A stretch of DNA of 64,000 bases from an uncultured Verrucomicrobiota bacterium (GCA_964342405.1 CAYFGX010000033.1:3152-67151); one strand, 5' to 3'; counted from the stretch's first letter, positions 47,641-57,098 are shown. Made by a program: numbers and translations. The notes: generated from the letters alone by a model not told the origin.

Positions 47641-48201
47641 TTAGGCCTTCGTATTGAACTGATCCTCCTTAGAACCAAAGAGGACGTTGAAAGTCGTCAT
47701 AGAACCGTAGCAACGAGTGATGTATTGCTGCAGTTCGAACTTGTCTCCTTCACTCAACACGGAATTGCCATTCACCTTCTGTTCCAGCGTTCGGAGATTG
47801 TTTCGCATCATTACGATCTTGTGAAAGAAGGTTTCGATCGGCACTTCCTTGGTTTGCAAGGTCGGATCCGCTGGATGGAGCACCATCTTTCCCGCGTTCC
47901 ATCGACTCGCGAGCCCTTCAACGACTCGATTATCTTGTTCGATGTTCAGCTCCGATAGCATTTCACTGATCGTATCTCGAATGATCTGATCCACTGGAAC
48001 GTCCGTTGCATGGGTTCCATCGGCAACACTTGGCACTTCATCGACGGCTTCAAGTTCAGCCGTTTCCGGACTGATTCGCCGTGTCCCCTCGTCAAAGCGA
48101 ATTTCGGCGACATTCTCACCAATCGAACGAACCACTCCAAACCCAGCTTGAGGGTGCTTGACCCTCATCCCAATTCGCAAATCCTCAGACTTTAATGACA
48201 T
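47641..48201 (-). CDS. Conserved hypothetical protein with N-terminal SH3-like segment
   Basis: GMRVKHP..G.GVV; KEVPIETFFHKIVMMRNNLRTLEQKVN; QQYITRCYGSMTTFNVLF. Start trimmed to ATG 48201. Confidence 0.8.
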   Translation of the reverse strand: MSLKSEDLRIGMRVKHPQAGFGVVRSIGENVAEIRFDEGTRRISPETAELEAVDEVPSVADGTHATDVPVDQIIRDTISEMLSELNIEQDNRVVEGLASRWNAGKMVLHPADPTLQTKEVPIETFFHKIVMMRNNLRTLEQKVNGNSVLSEGDKFELQQYITRCYGSMTTFNVLFGSKEDQFNTKA

Positions 48202-48467
48202 CCCTAAAAAAGAGAACAATGCAGCTTGCAGTTCCAGAAAAAAATACGCCCCATCAGACCTTCTCAGCTGCATCCTAAGGTAGGCCTCAAACCTAACCCC
48301 CTACTCCGAGGCGCTCCTGTTACAGCAACTCTTCCTCTCTTGTCCTGACGAATTGCGTTGCGAAACAGGTCCCTGCACCGTTACAACCTTGCCCGACGTG
48401 AATCCTCGCTTACCTCAACAAGTCTTCCTTGATGGTGCACGGGACTGAATCCCGCTCTCATAGGCCC

Positions 48468-49688
48468 ATGAGCACTCCCCTCAGACTCCGTCACTACTTC
48501 ACACACTTTGCGTCTCTCGGAGGAGTGCAATCCATCATTCGCGCCCACCTCGACCTCGATCCCAAACGGAATCTAGACTCCAGCCTCCTCGCCTTCTTCG
48601 ACTCGCCCGCCCAATGGGAGAGAACCGAGAGAATCGATGGGCTCGGTCTCACGGGACGGAACAGTATCGCACAAACTCGTCGACTCTTCAGATCGCACGA
48701 ACGAGATGCCCATTATGATATCCCCATCTTCCACGATCTGTGGGGACTGAGTTTCTTGGGCGAATTCGACCGTCAACCAAAGCGCCGCATCGGGGCCATC
48801 CATTCACAGTGGCCCCACTTGGACTTTCAATTACAGCAACTACGCGGAAGCCTCGACGGAGTGTTCTGCGACAGTCAAGCGATCGCAGACTATGTCACCG
48901 AACACTGGCCCGAACTCGGTCAAGAGCGAGTCAAACATCTCCCGGTTCCTATTCAAATCGCCCCGGAGAAGGATTTCACTAAACGCCAATCTCTCAAAGG
49001 TCGTCGAGTGGTTCTCGGTTTCGTCGGACGGTTGGATTACGCTCAGAAGAGAGTTGACCGCTTTCCCCCATTGCTGAAAAGCCTCCAGGGCAACGGGATC
49101 GATTGCGAGTTGCAATTCCTCGGAACGGGTGACGCGAGCGAGTCCCTTCCCCAACGCTTCGCACCGGACGCACCAGTGAAATTTTGGGGTCGCCAAAACG
49201 CTCCCAAATACTGGGAGATCATGAAGCATTGGGATTTCGCGATTTACACCAGCGATCACGAAGGATCTCCACTCGCCATGCTAGAAGCCATGAGCGTAGG
49301 CAACATCCCGCTGTTTCCGGAAATCAAGAGCGGGGGAGATCTCGTCGTAAAACGAATCGACCCTTCCTTACTCTATCCATCTGAGAATTGGGATCGACTG
49401 GCACAGGTGATCCAAACCTGGGCGAAGCACCCCGATGAGTTGCTTCACAGTCATCGCGTTGCCTGCCGCGAGGAAAGCCTCAAACATTCCCCGGAGCGTT
49501 ATCATGAGAAGTTTATGACCTTCCTGGAAACCACTGTTTCAAGCCCGAGGATTTCGAGAGACTTTGCAACACCTCGCCCATTCTACGTCCGAGACCGCAT
49601 TCCTTTCGGGTTGCTCAAACGCCACTTTCCGAAGGCGTTCTACCAAGCCAACCCAATCCGCCCCTCCGTTGAACCGGATCAGAAATAA
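48468..49688 (+). CDS. Glycosyltransferase, GT-B fold (GT4-like)
   Basis: LGFVGRLDYAQKRV, YTSDHEGSPLAMLEAMSVG, SGG. Start 48468, or 48429/48432. Confidence 0.88.
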   Translation: MSTPLRLRHYFTHFASLGGVQSIIRAHLDLDPKRNLDSSLLAFFDSPAQWERTERIDGLGLTGRNSIAQTRRLFRSHERDAHYDIPIFHDLWGLSFLGEFDRQPKRRIGAIHSQWPHLDFQLQQLRGSLDGVFCDSQAIADYVTEHWPELGQERVKHLPVPIQIAPEKDFTKRQSLKGRRVVLGFVGRLDYAQKRVDRFPPLLKSLQGNGIDCELQFLGTGDASESLPQRFAPDAPVKFWGRQNAPKYWEIMKHWDFAIYTSDHEGSPLAMLEAMSVGNIPLFPEIKSGGDLVVKRIDPSLLYPSENWDRLAQVIQTWAKHPDELLHSHRVACREESLKHSPERYHEKFMTFLETTVSSPRISRDFATPRPFYVRDRIPFGLLKRHFPKAFYQANPIRPSVEPDQK

Positions 49689-50923
49689 CGCCTGAGCGAG
49701 AGCTGAATAAAGCTATCGTCACTAAAGAACGTCGTCAGATCACGCTCAACGACGTTCGCAAACCATTGCCCCTCGACCGACAAGAAGTAATCGGAACCTA
49801 AGCGTCGCTCAAACTCGAATCTCAAGGACGAAGCAGAAGTGTCGTGATCGTAGACGCCACCCGCCAGCAAGGCAGTGTCTTGAACATCATTCAAGGCGAG
49901 GCGTAAACCCGCAAAGATATCTCGGTTAAAGGGCGTGAGCGCCTCATCCGTCCGACTGTCGTAGTGATACTCAGAGAGCAAACCCAGATCCGAGTCGCCT
50001 CCGAAAATTCCATAAATCGTATACTCAAACCCTGAAACCACCGCTCCGAAGTGCTGGCCTCGACCGTCTCGGTAGATCCCTTCAAATTTCAGCAACCAAG
50101 CGTCCCGTGTCCATTGAGCATCGACTCCCACTTGACTCATCAGGTTGTAGACGGGGAGGAGCACGGGGTCTCGGCCCGGAACAATTCGAGGCATGAAGAG
50201 CGGGTCCCGACTCGTGCCACGAAAAAACCCCACGCCAAGATCCACATCACCAAGGGTGTGAGACCATCGCAAGGCGATGTCCGGATGCCACTCCTCAAGA
50301 TTCGATTCGTAAACCGGATCTCCGGTATCCACATAAGGATCCCATCGCAGTCGCCCTTTCCGCCCCGGGAACGTGCGTTCACGAAAATATGGGAGATAAA
50401 AGAGATCCACTACACCAGATGAATCCGTAATCCAAGTAAAGTTCACCATCGGCTGCCCTAGTTTGTCCTCGAAATCTAGATTCTCCACCAAGTCGGTTTG
50501 ATTAACCACATCAACCAGATGCTGTGACTCTGTCACCCCCCAGAACACTTTGCTCACGCCTAGGCGCAACTCCCATTGGTCGGCCACACGGTGAAAGTAG
50601 AATTCACGTAAATCCAAATGGGTTCTATCAGAATCGATCACATCATACCGCCCAAACGGAGTCATCTCAAATGCCCAATTGCCCTCAGCCCACTCACGAT
50701 AAAACTCCGGCTCCAACGCGAACGAGAACGCCGCATCCCCCTGCTGCCCCGGATGTTTAGGCGGATCAGCGAAGCCCCGAAACTCTGTTTCAAAGAATCC
50801 TGAAACATCCCATTCGTCCCAGAAAGAAGGCTCTTTCTCCTCAAGGACTTCACCCAGTAGCGACCCGTTGAGGGAGGCCATAAGGCTTAGAATGAGTCCC
50901 GCCTGACAGATCGATTCTCGCAT
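49679..50923 (-). CDS. Outer-membrane beta-barrel-like hypothetical protein (MMPL/LolA-like operon partner)
   Basis: Signal peptide; DLREFY, LRLG..KVFWGVTE..HLVDVVNQTD; alternating beta strands; terminal F. Confidence 0.8.
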   Translation of the reverse strand: MRESICQAGLILSLMASLNGSLLGEVLEEKEPSFWDEWDVSGFFETEFRGFADPPKHPGQQGDAAFSFALEPEFYREWAEGNWAFEMTPFGRYDVIDSDRTHLDLREFYFHRVADQWELRLGVSKVFWGVTESQHLVDVVNQTDLVENLDFEDKLGQPMVNFTWITDSSGVVDLFYLPYFRERTFPGRKGRLRWDPYVDTGDPVYESNLEEWHPDIALRWSHTLGDVDLGVGFFRGTSRDPLFMPRIVPGRDPVLLPVYNLMSQVGVDAQWTRDAWLLKFEGIYRDGRGQHFGAVVSGFEYTIYGIFGGDSDLGLLSEYHYDSRTDEALTPFNRDIFAGLRLALNDVQDTALLAGGVYDHDTSASSLRFEFERRLGSDYFLSVEGQWFANVVERDLTTFFSDDSFIQLSLRRYF

Positions 50924-50927
50924 GTTT

Positions 50928-51752
50928 TTAGCGAATTCGTTTCAGTCGGTTCTTGTCGAAGTCCCGATCCTTGAGCCCCTTGGTAAAAACATATTCACTC
51001 CAGACCAACTCCGTTTCTTTCCCTGTCTGGACATTGCTCATCGTGAAAGAATCGGCACGCCAGTAGTTCTTCCCGTATGTTTTGTAGCCCTTCGCAACGA
51101 AGGTCTTAAGCAGCTCACCTTTCCGGTCGTAGTAGTCGGTTCTCAATGTCCGATACTCCTCCTTATCAATCCACGAAATCTGTTTGGTATATCCTGATTT
51201 CTTATCGACTGGAATCCGCTCAATGACATAGCTCGGCATGCCATCCACCGCCTCTTCCTTAAGGTAGCGATACGTGTACTTTTCTACTTCTTGCGAAGAC
51301 AAATCCTCATAAGCAAACTCACTTCCGACAAAAGGGCCCGACTTGTTACTCGAGGAAATCCTCTTCACCCGCTTGAGCGCTGGGAGATACAACCACTGGT
51401 CATCATTACCGACCTTCTTGGTAAACACCAAGAAAGCGGTTCCCTTCACATCTCGTGGCTCCCTAAAGACGATCAACCGCTTGTCGCCTTCGTCTTGTTG
51501 TTCGAGCGCCTCCATGCGCATCAAGCGCTTACTCGCTTGACCATGGCGGTTCTTGAGAACCATTTCTGCATCTGCTGACCAATCGCCCCAGCCCTCGTCA
51601 CGTTGATCTGCTGCCTCAGCAATCTTCAGGCCCTTCTGTTCGGGAGTATCCGTCGAAGCGAAAGGTGCAGCGGCTGAAACCCAGCCAGCCTGAAGTAAGG
51701 CGACCGCAAGTAAGAGTGTCTTTTTCATCGTCATTTTCTTTCCAGTTTTCAT
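50928..51752 (-). CDS. Outer membrane lipoprotein-sorting protein (LolA-like)
   Basis: PRDVKGTAFL, DDQWLYLPALKRVKRISS, FVGSEFAYED, YYDRKGELLK, FDKNRL. Confidence 0.9.
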   Translation of the reverse strand: MKTGKKMTMKKTLLLAVALLQAGWVSAAAPFASTDTPEQKGLKIAEAADQRDEGWGDWSADAEMVLKNRHGQASKRLMRMEALEQQDEGDKRLIVFREPRDVKGTAFLVFTKKVGNDDQWLYLPALKRVKRISSSNKSGPFVGSEFAYEDLSSQEVEKYTYRYLKEEAVDGMPSYVIERIPVDKKSGYTKQISWIDKEEYRTLRTDYYDRKGELLKTFVAKGYKTYGKNYWRADSFTMSNVQTGKETELVWSEYVFTKGLKDRDFDKNRLKRIR

Positions 51753-54146
51753 TTAAGATAAGGCGGATTCGAGATGTTTCTCAGCAGCGGGAGCGACTGG
51801 CTCCTCGGAAGTTTTCTTCGCGCGACTCTTCCCATCGAAGGTAAGCAACAATGCTGGAAGCAGAATAAAGTCAGCAATCAAGGCAAAGCTGATGACAATC
51901 GCTGTCAGTTGTCCCATCCACGAGTTCAATCGAAAGGGCGAAAAGCTCAGGACGCTAAAACCAATCACCAAGATAATCGTCGTTGTCACCAGGGCGGTTC
52001 CTACGGAATGGAAGGCATAACGAATCGCTCCCTCGGCATCGAGGCCCTGCTCCCGTCGAGCCCGTATGTACTTCGTCAGGAAGTGCACCGTGTCGTCCAC
52101 CACAATCCCGAGCGTCATCCCCACCACCACGGAAAGGGACATCCCAATATTCCCAACCAAAGCTCCCCAGGCACCGAAGCCCAAGATCGCAGGCACAAAG
52201 TTAGGCACCAAACTAAGAGTCCCATACCGTAGGCTCCGCAAGGCAAAGGCGAGAATTCCGGATATCAAGAGCACGGCCAATGCTGTCCCGCCCAGCATGC
52301 TGTCGATATTTCGCTTTGAAATATGAGCAAACATCACGGACGGGCTAGACGCCTCAGCAATCATGTACTCCGGCAGGTTTTCATCCTGCCACGCCGCCGC
52401 CTTATCGATAAATCGGCGAAGATTCGCGGTGGAAATATCTCCCAAAGCGACCGTCAGGCGACTCGCCGATTTATCAACGTTGATTTGATTATTGAGATCC
52501 AATCCATACGGCAACGACATCTCGAAGAGTAGGAGATACTGCGCCGCAAGATCCCGCGACTCCGGCATTCTGTAGAACGCAGGATCATCCGCGTTTAGAT
52601 TCTTGTTGAGGCGCTTCAGTGTATCCGAAAGCGTGACCACCTGCAGCACTTCCTCTTGCTTACGCAACCACTGCGTGAATTTATCGAGATTATTGAGATA
52701 CTCCGGTTCACTGATGCCACCGCTCTCAATGGCCCCTACTGAATACTCGAGGTTATAGATTCCCGTCAGTTCTTCTACCGTGAAGTCCGTATCATTTCGG
52801 AAAGTGATACTCTTGGCGAAGTAATCCACCCAACGATCGTCCAAGCTAATCTTGGGAATGAATGCAGCTAACAAGACGACAACAGCCACTGATCCCCACA
52901 AGGTAGAACTCCGGCGACGCACAAGGAAGTCCACCCATGAGTCAAATCGCGTCCCCGACCGCGCCACGGATTTGCCAGCACGCATCGGAAGCACAGCGAG
53001 CAACGCCGGCAGAAAGGCTATGGAAAAAAACCATGCCGCAATCACACCGACGGCCACGACATTGCCGAGATGCCGAAACGGTGGGGCATCGCTAAAGTTC
53101 ATGCTCAGGAAGCCAATCGCAGTCGTCAGACTCGTGAGGAAAACGGGCTGAAAATTCACCCGCAAGCTCTCAACAATCGCCTCGTTCTTCGATCGACCGT
53201 GGCGCATGAAAAACATCAAGCTAACGAGAATATGAATACTGTCGGCGATGGCCAAGGTAGTGATGATGGTCGGTGCGCTTGCGGACGGCGGTGTGATAGG
53301 AAATCCAATGGATCCCATGAAGCCCATAGCAACGGCGGATGAAAAGACAATCACGAGGAAAGCCCCCACGGTGCCTGAGACAGACCGCAACAGGAACATG
53401 GTCGTTACGATAATACCCAAATACATCAACGGCACAACCGTGCTCATATCGCGAATACTCGACTCAGCAAACGCGTTATTCAGCATCACCATTCCCGTCA
53501 AATAAACCTTATACTCAGGAAACTGCTCGTTGAACGCCGCGACGAGTTCTCGGGCCGCAGCGGCGGCTTGAACCGCCTCGTTAGGATCCTTTTCCGGCAG
53601 GGTCAGAATGGCATTGATCCCCACGACGCGCGGGCTATCCCCTACGAGCCGATCCCTCAACATGGGCTCAGAGAGGGCGACCCGCTGCACCTCCTTGAGT
53701 TCCTCCGTCGACAAGTCGTATGGAGACTCCACAAGGTCCCCCACAATCAGGTCATCCTCTTCTGCATACGAGTGCTGAAAATTGGTCACAGAGTCCACTC
53801 GCGTAGCAAAAGGAAGTTTCCAGGCTTCTTCAGTAACAGTCTGTACGGCAGCTAGGAACTCCTGCGAGAAAACCTCATTCTCCGAATGCTCCAGCACGAA
53901 GAGAATGTTGTCGTCCTTGGTGTAGATGGCCTGCAAAGCCTCAAAGGATTTCAATTGCGGATTATCATCTCCAAAGAAGATCCGATAATCGTTCTTCATC
54001 CCAAGCTTTCGCGCGCCGGATCCCACACCAACAACGATCGCCAATGACACCAGTAAAACCAACCATCGCCAGCGAATCACCCAGCGACCAAAAGGGGCTC
54101 CCCACCCATCTTCCAAAGCTTCTTCTTGTTTCTCTAAATCACTCAT
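51753..54146 (-). CDS. MMPL/RND family efflux transporter
   Basis: Two TM bundles with ADSIHI, TSLTTAIGF, GIVVDDTVHF; two large periplasmic loops. Start trimmed to ATG 54146. Confidence 0.92.
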   Translation of the reverse strand: MSDLEKQEEALEDGWGAPFGRWVIRWRWLVLLVSLAIVVGVGSGARKLGMKNDYRIFFGDDNPQLKSFEALQAIYTKDDNILFVLEHSENEVFSQEFLAAVQTVTEEAWKLPFATRVDSVTNFQHSYAEEDDLIVGDLVESPYDLSTEELKEVQRVALSEPMLRDRLVGDSPRVVGINAILTLPEKDPNEAVQAAAAARELVAAFNEQFPEYKVYLTGMVMLNNAFAESSIRDMSTVVPLMYLGIIVTTMFLLRSVSGTVGAFLVIVFSSAVAMGFMGSIGFPITPPSASAPTIITTLAIADSIHILVSLMFFMRHGRSKNEAIVESLRVNFQPVFLTSLTTAIGFLSMNFSDAPPFRHLGNVVAVGVIAAWFFSIAFLPALLAVLPMRAGKSVARSGTRFDSWVDFLVRRRSSTLWGSVAVVVLLAAFIPKISLDDRWVDYFAKSITFRNDTDFTVEELTGIYNLEYSVGAIESGGISEPEYLNNLDKFTQWLRKQEEVLQVVTLSDTLKRLNKNLNADDPAFYRMPESRDLAAQYLLLFEMSLPYGLDLNNQINVDKSASRLTVALGDISTANLRRFIDKAAAWQDENLPEYMIAEASSPSVMFAHISKRNIDSMLGGTALAVLLISGILAFALRSLRYGTLSLVPNFVPAILGFGAWGALVGNIGMSLSVVVGMTLGIVVDDTVHFLTKYIRARREQGLDAEGAIRYAFHSVGTALVTTTIILVIGFSVLSFSPFRLNSWMGQLTAIVISFALIADFILLPALLLTFDGKSRAKKTSEEPVAPAAEKHLESALS

Positions 54147-54179
54147 TTCGGTTCGGTAAGTCCCAACTCTCACGTCAGC

Positions 54180-54197
54180 ATACCAACTAGTCGGTAT
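54180..54197. promoter_or_regulatory. Putative TetR operator, copy 1 (upstream of MMPL operon)
   Basis: ATACCAACTAGTCGGTAT, an 18-bp palindrome with one mismatch, overlapping a TATGCT -10 on the minus strand. Confidence 0.8.
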
Positions 54198-54270
54198 CTT
54201 GCGAGAAACGGGTTTAAGTTAAAGTTAAATCTAACGTAACGGGTTGCGTCGCTCCTTCAGCAACGATGCT

Positions 54271-54726
54271 TTAGATGCGTTGTTCCTCAAGATCGTAAAC
54301 GTCAAACCAGCGATAGACGGGTCGATTCTTGGGGACAAACTGAGGGATATACCCCTCCAAGAACTCTTGAGCAGCATCCGGAAGTTCGGAAATCTTGAGC
54401 TCTCTCAATTTGTTATTCCACTTAATGATCTCAATCCGCTCGCGCGATTTCGCATTCTGCTCGATCCAGGCAGCAACTTCATTGTCATCTGCTCCAGTCG
54501 CCACGAATTCTCGAAACGCATTGGGGTCAATCTCGGCAAAGGTGAGGAACTGATTATCGAGCGGGCAATCGAAGTGGTAGTCGGAGTTTGTCCCGGCAAT
54601 CACCGCTCGGCACTTGTCCAACATTCGCCCCGCGATCACGTATCCTGCCAAGGTTTCCCGCGGACTCCTCGGAAAGGTCTGACTCAGGTCCAACGCGAGC
54701 AGCTTCAACTTTTCTTCACTTGTCAT
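54271..54726 (-). CDS. DUF5069 family protein
   Basis: DLSQTFPRSPRETLAGYVIAGRMLDKCRA..G...DYHFDCPLD. Confidence 0.85.
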   Translation of the reverse strand: MTSEEKLKLLALDLSQTFPRSPRETLAGYVIAGRMLDKCRAVIAGTNSDYHFDCPLDNQFLTFAEIDPNAFREFVATGADDNEVAAWIEQNAKSRERIEIIKWNNKLRELKISELPDAAQEFLEGYIPQFVPKNRPVYRWFDVYDLEEQRI

Positions 54727-54797
54727 ATCTAACTTCCAACATCATGCGCTGCCCGATTCCATTCCTCAAGTTAAACGCTCATGCAAGAAAGCAAACT

Positions 54798-55106
54798 TTA
54801 GAATGCTGTGGCGATGATCCGATCACTTTGCCCCCGAATGAGCGCTTGACGTCGAACATACTGTCTCGCCTCTCTCACTTTGAGCTCCAAAATTGCCGGG
54901 AACGAGGTTTGTGGTTTGCCTGACAACCAAGCCAGGCTTAGAGCTTCGCTTCGGGCTGCTTCGACCATTTTCTTTTCCAAGGTCTCAAGCGGCACGGCAC
55001 CCGTTGCCGGAGCCAGATTGGATGTGCGATATGTCGATTTCGAGTTCGCCAATGAGTCTCGATGTCGTTGTCGATTGTTTGCTGCTTCATTCTGTGCGTT
55101 CTTCAT
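54798..55106 (-). CDS. Small hypothetical protein (AARSEALSLAW...LELKVREARQYVRRQ)
   Basis: ATG with purine-rich GAGAAAG upstream and an operator copy 40 nt upstream. The C-terminal half resembles small Verrucomicrobia proteins from recollection, unverified. Confidence 0.7.
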   Translation of the reverse strand: MKNAQNEAANNRQRHRDSLANSKSTYRTSNLAPATGAVPLETLEKKMVEAARSEALSLAWLSGKPQTSFPAILELKVREARQYVRRQALIRGQSDRIIATAF

Positions 55107-55145
55107 TCAGTTGTCTTTCTCGTGTTTGCTCGTCGTTCGCATTAA

Positions 55146-55163
55146 ATACCGACCAGTTGGTCT
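55146..55163. promoter_or_regulatory. Putative TetR operator, copy 2
   Basis: ATACCGACCAGTTGGTCT, identical to copy 3 over 19 bp (AATACCGACCAGTTGGTCT). Confidence 0.8.
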
Positions 55164-55181
55164 TTTTGTTTCAAAAAAAAT

Positions 55182-55787
55182 TTAAGGGCGGAGCGTTTCC
55201 ATATACTTCATCAAGGCCGCACCGGATAAGGCCATTATATTCGGATCTTGAGCGTTCTTCGCCGTGCCGATTGTTCCTGCGAAACAGGCCACCATGAAAG
55301 CGGCGATCTCTTTTGGATTTACCGCACTGTCGATGTTGCCAGCCGAAATCCCTCGAGTAAACGAAGCCTCAATCGCTCCTCGCCACGCCGCGTAGATCTG
55401 CTCGAGCCGCAGCCTGAATTCCTCATCCAGTGGAGACATCTCCTGCGCCAGGTTATTCAATGGACAGCCCTGACAAAGCCGGTCCCCACTGCATTCCTCA
55501 GCCATCCTCGTCATGATGTCGGTAATGGTCCGAATTGGATCATCGGACTGGTTGAGGGGATCCACCCAGACACTCCTCACCTCGGGAAACAGAATCTCGT
55601 CTACCACCGCCAAGCCCAGGTCCGCTTTACCGCGAAAATGATGAAACAAAGCCCCTTTCGTGGTCGACGCTTCAGCAACAATCCGATTCAAGCTCGCACC
55701 TTGGAATCCGCACCGATAGAACTCATTGAAGGCGGTCTGCATGATCCGCTTTCGAGTGTCTTCCGATGTTGTCGTTTGGGTAACCAT
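55182..55787 (-). CDS. TetR/AcrR family transcriptional regulator
   Basis: TRKRIMQTAFNEFYRCGFQGASLNRIVAEASTTKGALFHHFRGK HTH; GCPLNNLAQE. Confidence 0.95.
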   Translation of the reverse strand: MVTQTTTSEDTRKRIMQTAFNEFYRCGFQGASLNRIVAEASTTKGALFHHFRGKADLGLAVVDEILFPEVRSVWVDPLNQSDDPIRTITDIMTRMAEECSGDRLCQGCPLNNLAQEMSPLDEEFRLRLEQIYAAWRGAIEASFTRGISAGNIDSAVNPKEIAAFMVACFAGTIGTAKNAQDPNIMALSGAALMKYMETLRP

Positions 55788-55816
55788 AATCGCTTCCGCT
55801 TTTGTTATTGATACTA

Positions 55817-55834
55817 ATACCGACCAGTTGGTCT
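55817..55834. promoter_or_regulatory. Putative TetR operator, copy 3 (autoregulatory), inside the tetR promoter
   Basis: ATACCGACCAGTTGGTCT sits in the 17-nt spacer and -10 region between minus-strand TTGACA (55842-55837) and TATTAG (55819-55814). Confidence 0.8.
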
Positions 55835-55851
55835 GCTGTCAACTCACGATT

Positions 55852-56493
55852 CTAATTTTTTGAATCTCGCCTTTCAAATCGTTGCCAGCTTTCAAGATCG
55901 TCGATGTCCTCCAAGGTGTCCAAGAGTGCGATCGACAGGTCCATTTCCCCAGCGGCCGATTCGGTCTGGGCCAAGACACGATCCGTGCTCCAGTCAATGT
56001 CCTCAAACAAAACCGGATACCATGCGTTCATGCCGATCAACCAATAACCACCATCCTTTGCCGGGCCGACCACGACTGAGTGCTCGTCGAGAGCTCGATT
56101 CGCTTCCCGGATTTCCTCCTCTCCCACATCCGGACAGTCCGATCCGATCGCGATCACTCGATCCGCCCCCCGTTGAAACGCCTCCTTGAATGCACGGGCC
56201 AATCGCTCCCCCAAGCCCCCATCGCCCTGCGCTATTCCCAACCAGCCCTCCTGGATCCACCGCGAACATTCGTCAATCGCTTCGTCTGGCGTGAAGCGAA
56301 GCTCCACATCCGTCAAAGTGTTGATCCGCGACAAGAGTCCCTCGACAAGCTGCGTGTAGATCCTGCAAGCCCTATCGTCGCCTAAGGAGGCAGCCAACCG
56401 CGTTTTCACAAAGCCGGGTCGTGGAGCCTTCAAGAAGACAATGACATGCGCTTCGGGAGGCGAATGCACCTGATGGAGAGAGGATGAGGTCAT
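55852..56493 (-). CDS. TIGR04282/DUF2064 family glycosyltransferase-like protein (CofC-like fold)
   Basis: IVFLKAPRPGFVKTRLA, QGDGGLGERL, IGSDCP, VVGPAKDGGYWLIG, DIDD. Start trimmed to ATG 56493 because ATG 56508 lies inside a terminator stem. Confidence 0.9.
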   Translation of the reverse strand: MTSSSLHQVHSPPEAHVIVFLKAPRPGFVKTRLAASLGDDRACRIYTQLVEGLLSRINTLTDVELRFTPDEAIDECSRWIQEGWLGIAQGDGGLGERLARAFKEAFQRGADRVIAIGSDCPDVGEEEIREANRALDEHSVVVGPAKDGGYWLIGMNAWYPVLFEDIDWSTDRVLAQTESAAGEMDLSIALLDTLEDIDDLESWQRFERRDSKN

Positions 56494-56525
56494 AAAAAAA
56501 CGCCGCATCTTTCGATACGGCGTTT
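56494..56525 (-). terminator. Rho-independent terminator after the second DUF5069-like gene
   Basis: Minus strand AAACGCCGTATC-GAAA-GATGCGGCGTTT continuing into a T7 run. Confidence 0.85.
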
Positions 56526-56546
56526 CAAAGAATCGAGAGATCTAAA

Positions 56547-56990
56547 TTACTTGATCTCGGCGTTGTAGAACTCCAACCAGTCGTCGAGGTTGTTCAAGTT
56601 CACTGCATCATGAGGTGCATCGGGACCATCTTCGATTTCGTTGGCTTCGAGGATAGACTTGCGGGTCTCATCAGCGTGGATGTAACCAGCGATAGCAGAG
56701 TTCAGGCTGGTGACGCTTCCCTTGTCCAATTTCACACCTTCTTGGCTCTTCACCCACGACTCAAACTGAGGATAGGTTGGCTTCGAGCTAGAGATGTAAT
56801 CCAAGGTCGCATCCTTGTTCAAACCAAGTCCGTCGAGAACCATTTGGTCGTAACCGGCGCCACATCCTGGGTAACCGTCTGCGATTTTTCCGGCAGCTTC
56901 CAAAGAAACTTTTTGCCAGAATCGAGGGAGATGAAGCACGCCGAGAGGGCCTGCTACGCCGGAACTAATCAGAGGAACAATCTTACTCAT
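56547..56990 (-). CDS. DUF5069-like protein (second, divergent paralogue)
   Basis: PLISSGVAGPLGVLHLPRFWQK..L...G...GY..CG.GYDQMVLD.LG; start ATG 56990. Confidence 0.72.
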   Translation of the reverse strand: MSKIVPLISSGVAGPLGVLHLPRFWQKVSLEAAGKIADGYPGCGAGYDQMVLDGLGLNKDATLDYISSSKPTYPQFESWVKSQEGVKLDKGSVTSLNSAIAGYIHADETRKSILEANEIEDGPDAPHDAVNLNNLDDWLEFYNAEIK

Positions 56991-57026
56991 TTCAATATCC
57001 TTAGTGTGATTTGGAACTACGGGCAA

Positions 57027-57055
57027 AAACTAGCCGAAGGCCCTACAAGGGTCAA
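57027..57055 (-). promoter_or_regulatory. Sigma70-type promoter for the 56547..56990 gene
   Basis: TTGACC (57055-57050), 17 nt spacer, TAGTTT (57032-57027). Confidence 0.55.
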
Positions 57056-57098
57056 TGTGTTTGTTGAAATTGCCTACAAATCTGCCGGTCCATGTCGC

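Noticed and set aside
51408-51422. ACCGAC-CTTC-TTGGT resembling the TetR operator
   Set aside because: Wrong spacing and inside the LolA-like CDS.
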